Source: a virus. From it: a stretch of 64,000 nucleotides of DNA. Location of the stretch: positions 1 to 64,000 of the IMG/VR virus record IMGVR_UViG_3300046328_000221, one strand, 5' to 3'. Positions 44,711 through 54,648 of the stretch are shown one piece after another; positions within the stretch are counted from its first letter, which is position 1; every line of letters begins with the position of its first letter. The position numbers and the translations under genes were made by a program. The notes beneath the pieces were generated by a model. It saw nothing but the letters and a program-made list of their open reading frames with translations. It was not told the DNA's origin and ran no database searches.

Positions 44711-47700
44711 TGTTAAATACAGTAGACTCCTCAGTATTCCTGAATTCTAAATACATCAACATGAAGCCAGTAGTCTCTGCTGAGTGGAATAATAACCTAT
44801 ACAATTCTCCATACGTTGTTGTATCTGGAAATGCTGCTTTTAATCCATCAGATATTTCATATTATGGATCACTATCAACCAAAACACTTTCATCTGTAAG
44901 TTCTGGATCAGAGTATGCTAAAGAAAACTTTGTTACTAATAGTTTTCCTTTAGATGCTGGAGCTAGTACTTCTACTGTAGCTTTTAGATACTCTGGCACT
45001 TTAGCAGCAGGAGAAGCATATAAAATAGTAATGTATGTTAAAACTAACAGCATTTATCCAGTATTGCTAAATACTAATATTGCTGGGTACTCCGCAAAGT
45101 CAAAAGAAATTGATTCTTTAAATTGGACAAAAATAGAGACATATGCTTCCTGGGATTCAAATGTAACGCCAACATCCCTTGACTTTATAATAAACGCATC
45201 CAACATTGTGACATATAATACTAGTGCTAATATCTACATAACATTACCAGAAGTTTATAAGATAACAAGATTTGATTATGAAAATGGATCATTGTGGTCA
45301 GCATATAGTCCATTCAAAATTTTTAGACCAGGAGAATCATATGTATCTTCTGGAAATGCAGATATATCATATCCAGTTAATTTTAGAAGAGCTACTAAAG
45401 GACTTAAGAGTGGACAGACCTATCAAGATATGCCAATTAGTCCTCTAGTTAATAATCCAAAATTCTTTTTAGCATCACCTCCAGTGGGAATATATAAAAC
45501 TGGGGTAGCTAATGATACAATGCCATATCAATATTTTGTATCATCTGATCAATCAGCTGAGAAGATTATCACTGCAAAATATGAAAAAACTGTATATTGT
45601 AATAAACTTGTTTTAAAATTTAACACACTAATGTCTACACCAACAGTAACAGTAAGCCTTGATGGATCAAGTATTGGGTCCTTTACTCCAGACTCAACAG
45701 GTCTTTTGGTTCTATACTATAGTGGTTCTAGTTGGAGCACTACAAAATGGGCATCTAGTATAACGCCTAGATTTTCGAAAACTGGAACAATGTCTCCAGC
45801 ATATAAAGAGTTTAACAAGATTTCTATAAATCAGATATCCTCGTCTGTAAGCTCTTCATTCTCATCATATTCTTCATTAACCTCTGAAATGACAAGATTG
45901 CAGCTAATTGAAGTATCCCCTAGACTTGAAATAGATTTGACGGATCTTGTTCTAAATGTCTCTATAAATAAGTCATTAGATAGCAAGAATAGCTATGTCC
46001 CAATATCTTCTATTAATTCAAATGATGCGTCAATTGAAATTTCAGCAATACCTCTAACAAGCTCTACTGGACCAATTCCATTATTTTCAAATGAATCTAA
46101 TCTAACAAACACTGTATTAAAAAATATGTTAACCAAAAACGTTAAGTTTTATATTAGCTTCTTGTTGTCAGAAGCAAGCTCCCCAGCAATCTCTACACAA
46201 GACTACTATATTCCTGCAGGAGTTTTTTATTCAGAGTCCTGGTCAGAAAGCGATGTGTCGTCAGTCTCAGTTCAGGCATATGACATAACAAGATATTTGC
46301 AAACAACTCCAGTACCAGATTATGTAGCAAACAAGAAAAGTGTGTTTGATATAATCTCAAACATTTTAGACCTGTCTGGATTTACAGACTATGACTATGA
46401 CTCACTATATAATGTCTGTAATGATCCTGTGCTACCACTAGATCTTGCATACTACTATTGCAACTCTAAAGATTCAACAATAGTAGAGGCTCTATCTGAA
46501 ATATTCTTAGCCTATCAAATCGGGGCATATATTGATGAATATGGGATAATGAAGTTCCTAAGTCTAAGTAATATTATGTCCAATACAGGAACAACCATAA
46601 GCATCAGTGATTCAAACATCATTGATGGTGGATATTCTATTCAAACAAATGCAAAACCTGGGAAAATATCTTTAAGATATCAACCACCAAAAATTAAGCA
46701 GTCACTCTCACTACAAAATACTGCAAGTCCAGATATGAAAAACTCTCCATCTTTCATATATGCAACATCAAATGATGTTGTTTGGTCACAGCAAAACCTA
46801 GACTCTGTTGGATTTAACTATCTAAGTAAGTCTATGTCAGCAAATAGCAATAGTTTTACTTTAGATAAACGTGACCTACTAGATATTTTTCACACATATT
46901 CATTAAATAGTAATGGGTATGCTGCAATTGAAAATGAAATAGTTTCTTTTGTTTATAAAGAATATAACATAAAGACCCATGATTATGTTGAAGGTGTATC
47001 TGGACATCAGGAAACTGTTTCTGTCAAGAGCGATATAGAGTTAGCTTATGAGATAAATAGGTTTATAAGAAAATATCCAATAACCATAAGAAAGATTGAT
47101 AGTGTTATTACTGATGTTATTGGGACTGGAGATTTAGTGTCATATGTGTCAGATAATGATTTTGTTATTGGAGACAGCGTTAGTATTGTTGGGGTTACTC
47201 CAGCAGTATATAATATCATTGGGACAATTGTAGATCGTGATCCAACATATTTTTCTATTAAAAATACTGCAGTTGGAACCTTTAACTCAGCAGCATCACT
47301 AAATGCAATGGCTATTGCCAAAACTGATTATGACGTAACCATAGAGCCTACAGGAAACATTAACAATGTTCAAAGAGGCGTTTTCAATACAAAGGTGTCA
47401 GAACACAATATTCTTGAAACAACCATAGAAAGTAAGGGTCTTACTCAGGCAAGAGTATCTTCTTCTAACGTAATATCTACTGGAAATATCGATGCAACTG
47501 TTTTATCTGAAAGTTCTTACCCAGATATAGATAAAAATAGCTATTCTAAAATTGCTGTTAGATCTTCAACATTAATAGATAAGGTATTAATATACTCAGA
47601 TACAGATAGAGATTCTGGAAATCAATTAGATACTATTACTGAAAAATATCTAGGCTACCAGACATACATGACAAAATTTAATTTTAACTATGATGTAAAG

Positions 47701-49335
47701 CTTGGTTCAGCTGGGTTATTCTTTAATCTTGATTCAGACCTAACAATGACTAATTCGTATTTTGTAGAAATTACACAATACTACAAATCTACAAAAACTA
47801 CACTTGACGGCTATGGAAATCCAACAAAAGTATATGGATATTTGTGTACCGTTTATTACATTAATTCTTCAAATGAAAAAATTATTGTTGGCTATTCAGA
47901 TATAAGTTCAATTGTGGCATCTATTGTATTTAATTTTCCAAAAGTTATGACAAAAACAACAGACTCCTATACTGGTATAGTTTCATATAAAAACGATTTA
48001 ACTGTAGAGACTCCATTCATTCTAAAAGTAGCCCACAGCATAGAAGAAAACGTTCTTGGGAATGTAGCCACTGATGGAGATAGGGTTCTAAGAGTATTTT
48101 TAAATAATATAGAGATATCTGGCTGGCAGGTTCCAATAAACGGAAGCTCTGTAGCCATTACTGGAGCTACCGTTGACTACGAGTTTCACAAAACAACTTA
48201 TTCATTTTCTGGAACCAAGCCATCAGATTTTATAGCTGGAAATTCCGTAACAATATCTGGAATAAATCCAACAGAGTTAAATGGAACTTTTGTAATTTAT
48301 GCAACAACAAGCAGTTCCTTTACAATAAATCAAATAGTTTCTTCAAGTGCATACATTTCTGACGGTACCGCAGTAATTGTAGATACAATTAATGAAACAA
48401 GCTACAAGACAATAGATGTAAACTCAACATCTAAAATTAGAAAGAAGCTAGTCTTACCACACCAAATTTCAGAAAATACTATTTTTGGAATTTTTGCCAG
48501 TGCCAATCCATTAATGGATAATGGAGTCACAGCCGATAACTTAAATATTTGCACATTTTCAGAGATATATGCAACCCAGTCTGATCTAAAAGAGCATTCC
48601 GTAAACTATTTCTTTCAGGATAGGAGATTCTTAAACGCATCTCTTCAGGGACAAAATTTAATGGAAAAAACATACTGTATGCAAACTAAGCCAGAAGTTA
48701 TTGGAATAAACTACTATGATGTTCAATATACAACACCAGCAGCAGTCTCTGTCGATGTTCTTCCAATTGAATATTCTTGGTACTATTTCCCAGGAAATAT
48801 GCCAGAAGATCAAAAATGGTATCAAAGACAGTTTGTTAGCGAAACATCTGTATCCTACTCAACACCAATTAATACTGGATTTAGAGCAAAAATGATAATT
48901 GTCAATAATGCACCACACATGGTTTTCTTGAATAAAGAATCTGATGAACTTAATCAATTTACGGTTAGACTAAATCTATGGACACATGAAATCATAGCTC
49001 AATCTGATCAAGAAATTATCGAAAAGAGTGTCAGTGATTCTAATAGTTCTGAGGTTGCACAAATAGATTCAGAATGGATTCAGTCAAAACAGGCTGCAAA
49101 CAGAATGCTCTCTACAATAAATTCTGGACTAGACGGATTTTCTAAAAATACAACAATTCAAATATTTGGAAATCCATTAATTCAGGTGGGAGATGTTGTT
49201 AGTCTAACATATACTCTAAACGGAATCAATCAGCAAAAATATACAGTACACTCTGTAAATCATTCATTTGATAATGGATTAAGCACAACCTTAGTACTAA
49301 ATACCATTAAGAAGGGAATTAGCTATAGTGTCTAA
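44710..49335 (+). CDS. large tail tip/hub protein
   Basis: 1541 aa after Dit; YIDEYGIMKF; C-terminal GNPLIQVGDVV motif. Confidence 0.7.
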   Translation: MLNTVDSSVFLNSKYINMKPVVSAEWNNNLYNSPYVVVSGNAAFNPSDISYYGSLSTKTLSSVSSGSEYAKENFVTNSFPLDAGASTSTVAFRYSGTLAAGEAYKIVMYVKTNSIYPVLLNTNIAGYSAKSKEIDSLNWTKIETYASWDSNVTPTSLDFIINASNIVTYNTSANIYITLPEVYKITRFDYENGSLWSAYSPFKIFRPGESYVSSGNADISYPVNFRRATKGLKSGQTYQDMPISPLVNNPKFFLASPPVGIYKTGVANDTMPYQYFVSSDQSAEKIITAKYEKTVYCNKLVLKFNTLMSTPTVTVSLDGSSIGSFTPDSTGLLVLYYSGSSWSTTKWASSITPRFSKTGTMSPAYKEFNKISINQISSSVSSSFSSYSSLTSEMTRLQLIEVSPRLEIDLTDLVLNVSINKSLDSKNSYVPISSINSNDASIEISAIPLTSSTGPIPLFSNESNLTNTVLKNMLTKNVKFYISFLLSEASSPAISTQDYYIPAGVFYSESWSESDVSSVSVQAYDITRYLQTTPVPDYVANKKSVFDIISNILDLSGFTDYDYDSLYNVCNDPVLPLDLAYYYCNSKDSTIVEALSEIFLAYQIGAYIDEYGIMKFLSLSNIMSNTGTTISISDSNIIDGGYSIQTNAKPGKISLRYQPPKIKQSLSLQNTASPDMKNSPSFIYATSNDVVWSQQNLDSVGFNYLSKSMSANSNSFTLDKRDLLDIFHTYSLNSNGYAAIENEIVSFVYKEYNIKTHDYVEGVSGHQETVSVKSDIELAYEINRFIRKYPITIRKIDSVITDVIGTGDLVSYVSDNDFVIGDSVSIVGVTPAVYNIIGTIVDRDPTYFSIKNTAVGTFNSAASLNAMAIAKTDYDVTIEPTGNINNVQRGVFNTKVSEHNILETTIESKGLTQARVSSSNVISTGNIDATVLSESSYPDIDKNSYSKIAVRSSTLIDKVLIYSDTDRDSGNQLDTITEKYLGYQTYMTKFNFNYDVKLGSAGLFFNLDSDLTMTNSYFVEITQYYKSTKTTLDGYGNPTKVYGYLCTVYYINSSNEKIIVGYSDISSIVASIVFNFPKVMTKTTDSYTGIVSYKNDLTVETPFILKVAHSIEENVLGNVATDGDRVLRVFLNNIEISGWQVPINGSSVAITGATVDYEFHKTTYSFSGTKPSDFIAGNSVTISGINPTELNGTFVIYATTSSSFTINQIVSSSAYISDGTAVIVDTINETSYKTIDVNSTSKIRKKLVLPHQISENTIFGIFASANPLMDNGVTADNLNICTFSEIYATQSDLKEHSVNYFFQDRRFLNASLQGQNLMEKTYCMQTKPEVIGINYYDVQYTTPAAVSVDVLPIEYSWYYFPGNMPEDQKWYQRQFVSETSVSYSTPINTGFRAKMIIVNNAPHMVFLNKESDELNQFTVRLNLWTHEIIAQSDQEIIEKSVSDSNSSEVAQIDSEWIQSKQAANRMLSTINSGLDGFSKNTTIQIFGNPLIQVGDVVSLTYTLNGINQQKYTVHSVNHSFDNGLSTTLVLNTIKKGISYSV

Positions 49336-49876
49336 ATATAAATCACCGTTTTCTGTCAGCCATAGACAGCCAATAATTATAGACCCAAAAGATCCTCGCA
49401 GCAATAACATTGATAGGTATAGATCTAGAATAGGATCAGAAGTTATTCTGGCAAAGCCAAAAGATCAGCCAATAGGTATGGTCGACAGCCCAGGTAGAGC
49501 AATTCCAATAAATTATTATGCAAATGTGACAATTCACCAAACATATAACAATTTACCACATCAACTTTTGCTTATTCGTAGATATTTGGAAAGCCCTTTA
49601 TCAATAGAGGATCTAGCAGAAGAGACAACTACCTTCTGTGTATTAGATGAGGGAGGATTTGATATTGATTTTGATCCCATTTATCCAGATCAAAATGGAG
49701 GCAATTTAGTTATCTATGTTCCAAAAATACCAGGATTTTCGACAAGTCCAACATATAGCTATACAATATCTAATTCAGCAAATGCAGAATGGCTTGCTAC
49801 ATACAACGTAGGAAATAAGTGGGAATTTACCTTCCATGTACATGGAGATGTTGATATTTCTATGACTGTGATATAA
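49328..49876 (+). CDS. hypothetical tail-associated protein
   Basis: ORF track. Confidence 0.55.
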   Translation: MSKYKSPFSVSHRQPIIIDPKDPRSNNIDRYRSRIGSEVILAKPKDQPIGMVDSPGRAIPINYYANVTIHQTYNNLPHQLLLIRRYLESPLSIEDLAEETTTFCVLDEGGFDIDFDPIYPDQNGGNLVIYVPKIPGFSTSPTYSYTISNSANAEWLATYNVGNKWEFTFHVHGDVDISMTVI

Positions 49877-49895
49877 TTAAACATTAAGGAGAAAA

Positions 49896-50342
49896 ATGCC
49901 ATACGTACAAATATCTGATCCAAATATCATTGACCTAGCCTCATGGCATCAGGTTATTAATGTTGTTAATCAACATAGTGATGCTATTGCAGCATTAACA
50001 AATAATTTTGGACTATCTTGGAGTCCAGACTATGACGGAGACGACTGGTCCTCAGCTTTTGACTTTGGATCACAGATTATTGTTTATGGTAGATCAAGAG
50101 TTAATGGTACTGTTGATAATACTACAACAATTAGTCAAACAATAAACTTTACACAGCCATTTTCTGCTAAGCCAGTAGTTACTGCAACCGTATACACAGG
50201 AACAGAAAGTAGATATGATGCAGTTGCGACAACTATGGATCAGACAACTTCAAGTTTTACATTGAGAGTAACTAATCTTCCTGCAACAGTAACTGTGGAT
50301 ACGTATGTGACCGTAAACTGGATTGCAATCGGTCCTAAGTAA
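49896..50342 (+). CDS. minor tail protein with H-type-lectin-like C-terminus
   Basis: INFTQPFSAKPVVTAT...VNWIAIG. Confidence 0.65.
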   Translation: MPYVQISDPNIIDLASWHQVINVVNQHSDAIAALTNNFGLSWSPDYDGDDWSSAFDFGSQIIVYGRSRVNGTVDNTTTISQTINFTQPFSAKPVVTATVYTGTESRYDAVATTMDQTTSSFTLRVTNLPATVTVDTYVTVNWIAIGPK

Positions 50343-50368
50343 TCCTATAACTTAAACTAGGCTTAATT

Positions 50369-50911
50369 ATGGCTAATAGAAAAGGCAGCATATCTGATGA
50401 AGGCTATAATGAGTCTACAATAATTCCTGGTAACAAAAAAGTATGGTTTTTAAATGGAGATTTAGTTCGTATTCATCACCTAAATAGATCTAATGGCATC
50501 ATGTCTGTCTATAATATTATAAAAGATCAGATTGAAAGTTGCCTAATTGCTGATTTTAAAAAGAATCGTGAACGTGCTTTTACAGTTGGAGAAACTGCAC
50601 AACTGGTAAATCGTCACAAAAAATATATGCCTTCATTAGTAAAAAGAGGCATAATCCCAGAGCCTACTGGCTCACAAAAAGGTGGGGCACGAGGCTGGCA
50701 GGTAAGAAGCTATTACTCAGAATCTCAAGTAAGAGAAATTCGTGATATACTTGCTTCCTACCATATTGGTCAACCAAGGAAAGATGGTCTTATTACTAAC
50801 AATATGACACCATCAAAACAGGAGTTGACACGTCGTATGGGAGATGGTATACTAACTTATACGAGAACAGAAGATGGAAGATTTATACCAGTTTGGTCTG
50901 AATCTATATAA
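50369..50911 (+). CDS. MerR-like HTH DNA-binding protein
   Basis: FTVGETAQLVNRH...GIIPEP...RSYYSESQV. Confidence 0.65.
   Translation: MANRKGSISDEGYNESTIIPGNKKVWFLNGDLVRIHHLNRSNGIMSVYNIIKDQIESCLIADFKKNRERAFTVGETAQLVNRHKKYMPSLVKRGIIPEPTGSQKGGARGWQVRSYYSESQVREIRDILASYHIGQPRKDGLITNNMTPSKQELTRRMGDGILTYTRTEDGRFIPVWSESI
50825..50853 (+). promoter_or_regulatory. consensus sigma70 promoter of the replication operon
   Basis: TTGACA-17nt-TATACT with extended TG, inside 3' end of 50369. Confidence 0.8.
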
Positions 50912-50929
50912 CCGTTGAAAGGGTTGAGA

Positions 50930-51127
50930 ATGTCAGAAGACAGTACAAAAGTAAACGTAGCATTGGGCTACACGCTAAATCTAGGAAACTTTCAGTCATT
51001 GCGTATTGATCTAGGAGTCCAGGACTCTAAGCGAGATGGAGAGACAACCGCAGAAGCGTTTGACCGTATCTATTCATTCGTTGAGGCAAAGCTACACGAC
51101 AAGATTAAAGAGAATCAAGAAGACTAA
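50930..51127 (+). CDS. conserved small phage protein (LGYTLNLGNFQSLRIDLG)
   Basis: ATG 50930 after GAAAGGGTTGAGA; TAATG-coupled to next gene. Confidence 0.75.
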   Translation: MSEDSTKVNVALGYTLNLGNFQSLRIDLGVQDSKRDGETTAEAFDRIYSFVEAKLHDKIKENQED

Positions 51128-51438
51128 TGGCTGTAGAACGCAAAGACCGAATGGCTTTGCTTTCACGCTATAGCAAATTCCATACTGCTAAGTATGAACA
51201 AAAGCCGTTACTAAATCTAAATGTGGAACAATGGGCATCAGATGCTCTTATTGAATCCTATACTTTACCTTTTTGCTATGATCTGCTAGAATATTATTTC
51301 AAGGTAGCACAAAGTCCAACATGGAAATATTTTGCTAACTATGCTGACAAAATTATTGATGCAAGAGCAGAACAAGAACAAGATTCTAAGGAGAGAGCTG
51401 AGCGACGCAAGTTAGCTCAACAGTGGTTAAATGAATAA
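51127..51438 (+). CDS. hypothetical protein (possible helicase loader)
   Basis: overlaps the DnaB-like start; function inferred from position only. Confidence 0.55.
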   Translation: MAVERKDRMALLSRYSKFHTAKYEQKPLLNLNVEQWASDALIESYTLPFCYDLLEYYFKVAQSPTWKYFANYADKIIDARAEQEQDSKERAERRKLAQQWLNE

Positions 51439-52651
51439 TACAGAAGCTAAACTAATATCCGCAGTACTACAGGATAAGCAGATCCATGTTTTGCTACAAG
51501 CAAATGTGGAAACCTTGTTGCGTACTCATAATGATATTTGGACCTTTATTCGAAACTACTCAGAAAATAATGGATCTCTCCCACCAACTAATCTTGTAGT
51601 AGAAAAGTTCCGTGACTTTTCCCCAGTCGATGGGGTAGGTGCAACCAAACATCACCTAGAAGAGCTACAGGTAGAATACCTAAACGATAGCATGAAAGAT
51701 ATTCTTCGTAATGCTGCCTCAGAGGTTCAAGCTGGTCAGGGATCAAAGGCACTAGAAGAACTAATTACTAAAACCTCAGAGCTTAAGAAAAACACCTCAA
51801 CCATCCGTGACATTGATGCTACTGATCTTGAAGATGCTGTTGCATACTACCAAAACGTTCAACGCCAAATGGAGATTGGATCTATTGGTATTAAGACTGG
51901 TCTTGCTGGATTTGACAACTACCTACCATCTGGTATTATGCCAGGGCAGCTGGGCGTGTTTCTAGCCTATCCAGGTATTGGTAAATCTTGGATGGCTCTA
52001 TACTTTGCGGTACAGGCATGGAAACAGGGTAAGTCACCACTAATCATCTCACTTGAAATGAGTGAGACAGAAGTTCGTAACCGTGTATTTACAATTATGG
52101 GTGCAGGTCTGTGGTCACACCGTAAGTTATCTAATGGACAGATTGAGATCGATGATCTAAAGCGTTGGCACGAAAAGGATCTTGCTGGTAAGCCAGAGTT
52201 CCACATTATCTCAAATGATTCAGGTGGTGAAGTTACACCATCAGTTATTCGTGGAAAGATTGATCAGTATAAGCCAGATCTAATTATTGTAGACTACCTA
52301 CAGTTGATGAGTCCAAACCAGAAGTCTGAAAATGAGACTGTCCGTATGAAGAACCTTTCTCGTGAGCTAAAGCTAATGGCGATTGGTGAAGAGATGCCTA
52401 TCATTGCAATCTCCTCAGCGACACCAGATGATGTTAATAAGTTGGATACCGTTCCTACTCTAGGCCAGACTGCCTGGAGCCGTCAGATCGCTTACGACGC
52501 TGACTGGGTTTTAGCTCTGGGTCGTGCCACAAACTCTGATATCATTGAGTGTGTATTCCGTAAAAACCGTAATGGATTTATGGGAGAGTTCCTAGTGCAA
52601 GCAGACTTTGATAAAGGCTGGTACAAGTATAAAGACTTTGAAGATAAGTAG
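51431..52651 (+). CDS. dnaB: DnaB-like replicative helicase
   Basis: AYPGIGKS Walker A, ISLEM, IIVDYLQLM, KNRNG. Confidence 0.92.
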   Translation: MNNTEAKLISAVLQDKQIHVLLQANVETLLRTHNDIWTFIRNYSENNGSLPPTNLVVEKFRDFSPVDGVGATKHHLEELQVEYLNDSMKDILRNAASEVQAGQGSKALEELITKTSELKKNTSTIRDIDATDLEDAVAYYQNVQRQMEIGSIGIKTGLAGFDNYLPSGIMPGQLGVFLAYPGIGKSWMALYFAVQAWKQGKSPLIISLEMSETEVRNRVFTIMGAGLWSHRKLSNGQIEIDDLKRWHEKDLAGKPEFHIISNDSGGEVTPSVIRGKIDQYKPDLIIVDYLQLMSPNQKSENETVRMKNLSRELKLMAIGEEMPIIAISSATPDDVNKLDTVPTLGQTAWSRQIAYDADWVLALGRATNSDIIECVFRKNRNGFMGEFLVQADFDKGWYKYKDFEDK

Positions 52652-52663
52652 TTATAATGGAGT

Positions 52664-53008
52664 ATGGCCAGCTATCACCATCGACCAATTAAAAAGTTTT
52701 ATTTGGATGGAGTAATCAATGATGATTCAGTGCTTGGAAGATTAAAAATTGAATACATAAGATTGTTAATATCTGAAATGAAACTTTTGGGATATGTTCC
52801 AAGACTTGACATTGATCCAGACTTTACAATACAATATAATGATACAAAAGAATATTTTGAATTTAAATTATCAATACATGGGGTTTACACAGGGAAGAAA
52901 AAGAGCGAATGCATAACGGGAATAGACGGAACAACAGCGGTATATACACAAAAGAGCAAATCAAGCGTGTCCTTGCAGGAGCAGGAATCACGATTGAATC
53001 AGAAATAG
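52664..53008 (+). CDS. hypothetical protein
   Basis: ORF track; leaderless after TATAAT. Confidence 0.6.
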   Translation: MASYHHRPIKKFYLDGVINDDSVLGRLKIEYIRLLISEMKLLGYVPRLDIDPDFTIQYNDTKEYFEFKLSIHGVYTGKKKSECITGIDGTTAVYTQKSKSSVSLQEQESRLNQK

Positions 53009-53853
53009 ACTCTGACTATATCATTTTCTGCCCATTCCATAATAACTATCGCACCCCAGCAGGTGAAGTTGATAAAACTAGTGGTATATTCTTTTGCTTT
53101 TCTTGTCAAAAAGCTACAGACCTAGTTGAACTAATTATGTTTACTTCAGCTAGAACTTACTTTGAATCAGTTCGTTTTATTAAAAGTAAGCAGCAAGAGG
53201 GTAATCTAGAGCAAGAAATTGTAAGCAAGTTAATTCAAAAGCCAGACTATGTTCAATTTGATGAACTAACGATTAAGAGACTAAACAATCAGGCCCTAGA
53301 GTCTCCTCGTGCTATGAGATATTTTAGCGGAAGATTGATAACAGAAGACTCTGTAAAGAAGTTTGTACTGGGCTTTTCTGAAAAGCAGGACATGGTAACT
53401 ATTCCAGTTCACTCTCCAGATGGTATGGAGATCGGCTTTGTTGGTAGATCTATTGAGGGTAAAGAGTTTAAGAATACCCCAGGACTACCAAAGAGCAAAA
53501 CCCTATTTAATCTTAATAGAACTAAGGCATCAAGCAAGGTGTATGTAGTAGAATCATCCTTTGATGCTATTCGTTTAGATCAATGTGGATTCCCAGCGGT
53601 AGCAACCCTGGGAGCTAATGTATCAAATATACAAATAGAACTTCTTCAAAAATACTTTAATAACATTATAGTTATTGCAGATAATGATGAAGCTGGTGGT
53701 AACATGAAGGATAGGCTTATTGAAAGACTAGGATCTCGTGTAACTGTCATAAAACTAGATAAACAATATAAAGACATAGGAGATATGGAAGATGCAGATA
53801 TTAAAAAGTTTGACTTTTCATTTGACAAATCTATATCATCTATGTTAAACTAA
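52909..53853 (+). CDS. dnaG: DNA primase (Zn finger plus TOPRIM)
   Basis: CPFH..CFSC; VVESSFDA; ADNDEAG; KDIGD. Confidence 0.9.
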   Translation: MHNGNRRNNSGIYTKEQIKRVLAGAGITIESEIDSDYIIFCPFHNNYRTPAGEVDKTSGIFFCFSCQKATDLVELIMFTSARTYFESVRFIKSKQQEGNLEQEIVSKLIQKPDYVQFDELTIKRLNNQALESPRAMRYFSGRLITEDSVKKFVLGFSEKQDMVTIPVHSPDGMEIGFVGRSIEGKEFKNTPGLPKSKTLFNLNRTKASSKVYVVESSFDAIRLDQCGFPAVATLGANVSNIQIELLQKYFNNIIVIADNDEAGGNMKDRLIERLGSRVTVIKLDKQYKDIGDMEDADIKKFDFSFDKSISSMLN

Positions 53854-53878
53854 TATACCGCTAAATAAGGAGAAAAAC

Positions 53879-54532
53879 ATGAGCGTAATTAAAGGGCTAA
53901 AAGATATCAACGCACTACTTGATAAGCCAAAATATGAAAGCACAGGATCAAAGGTTCGCTGGGTAAAGCTAGTTGACGGACAATCTGCAAAGGTTCGTTT
54001 TGTTGAAGAACTAGATTCAGATTCAGCAAACTATTCAGAAGACCGTGGTCTATCTGTAGTAATTTCAGAACACACAAATCCAAAGGACTACAAGCGTAAG
54101 GCTGCCTGTACTATTGATTCAGAAGGCCGTTGCTACGGTTGTGAGATGGCTCGCAAGGAGCCAAAGTCAGGATGGCGTTCACGCCTACGTTTCTACTGCA
54201 ATGTTCTAGTAGACGATGGCACAGAAGATCCATACGTTGCTGTATGGTCACAGGGTATTTCAAAGCAGTCTGCTTTTAATAATATTCGTGAGTATGCACT
54301 AGATACTGGATCTATCTCAAATCTTGAGTGGAAGCTAAAGCGTAACGGGCAGGGAACTGAAACCAACTACACTCTACTACCTAGCAAGCCAGATTCAGAA
54401 CCATTTGCTTGGACAGGTCACGAATTCTTTAACCTTGAGAAGGTTGTTCGTGAAGTCCCTTATGCAGAACAGGAACAGTTCTACTTTGGTTTTGACGCAC
54501 CATCAATTACTTCAGGTAACACTGACTGGTAA
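53879..54532 (+). CDS. single-stranded DNA-binding protein (gp32-like, Zn-binding)
   Basis: KVRFVE, C..CYGC, KRNGQGTETNY; between primase and polymerase. Confidence 0.7.
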   Translation: MSVIKGLKDINALLDKPKYESTGSKVRWVKLVDGQSAKVRFVEELDSDSANYSEDRGLSVVISEHTNPKDYKRKAACTIDSEGRCYGCEMARKEPKSGWRSRLRFYCNVLVDDGTEDPYVAVWSQGISKQSAFNNIREYALDTGSISNLEWKLKRNGQGTETNYTLLPSKPDSEPFAWTGHEFFNLEKVVREVPYAEQEQFYFGFDAPSITSGNTDW

Positions 54533-54648
54533 TCGCTGAGTGAGTGGGGGTAGCTATAATGGCTACCCTCATTTGCCTTACAGGTATTGACAACCTATAG
54601 AAAATATGTCATAATTTTATATATTATAAAAATAACATTAAGGAAAAT

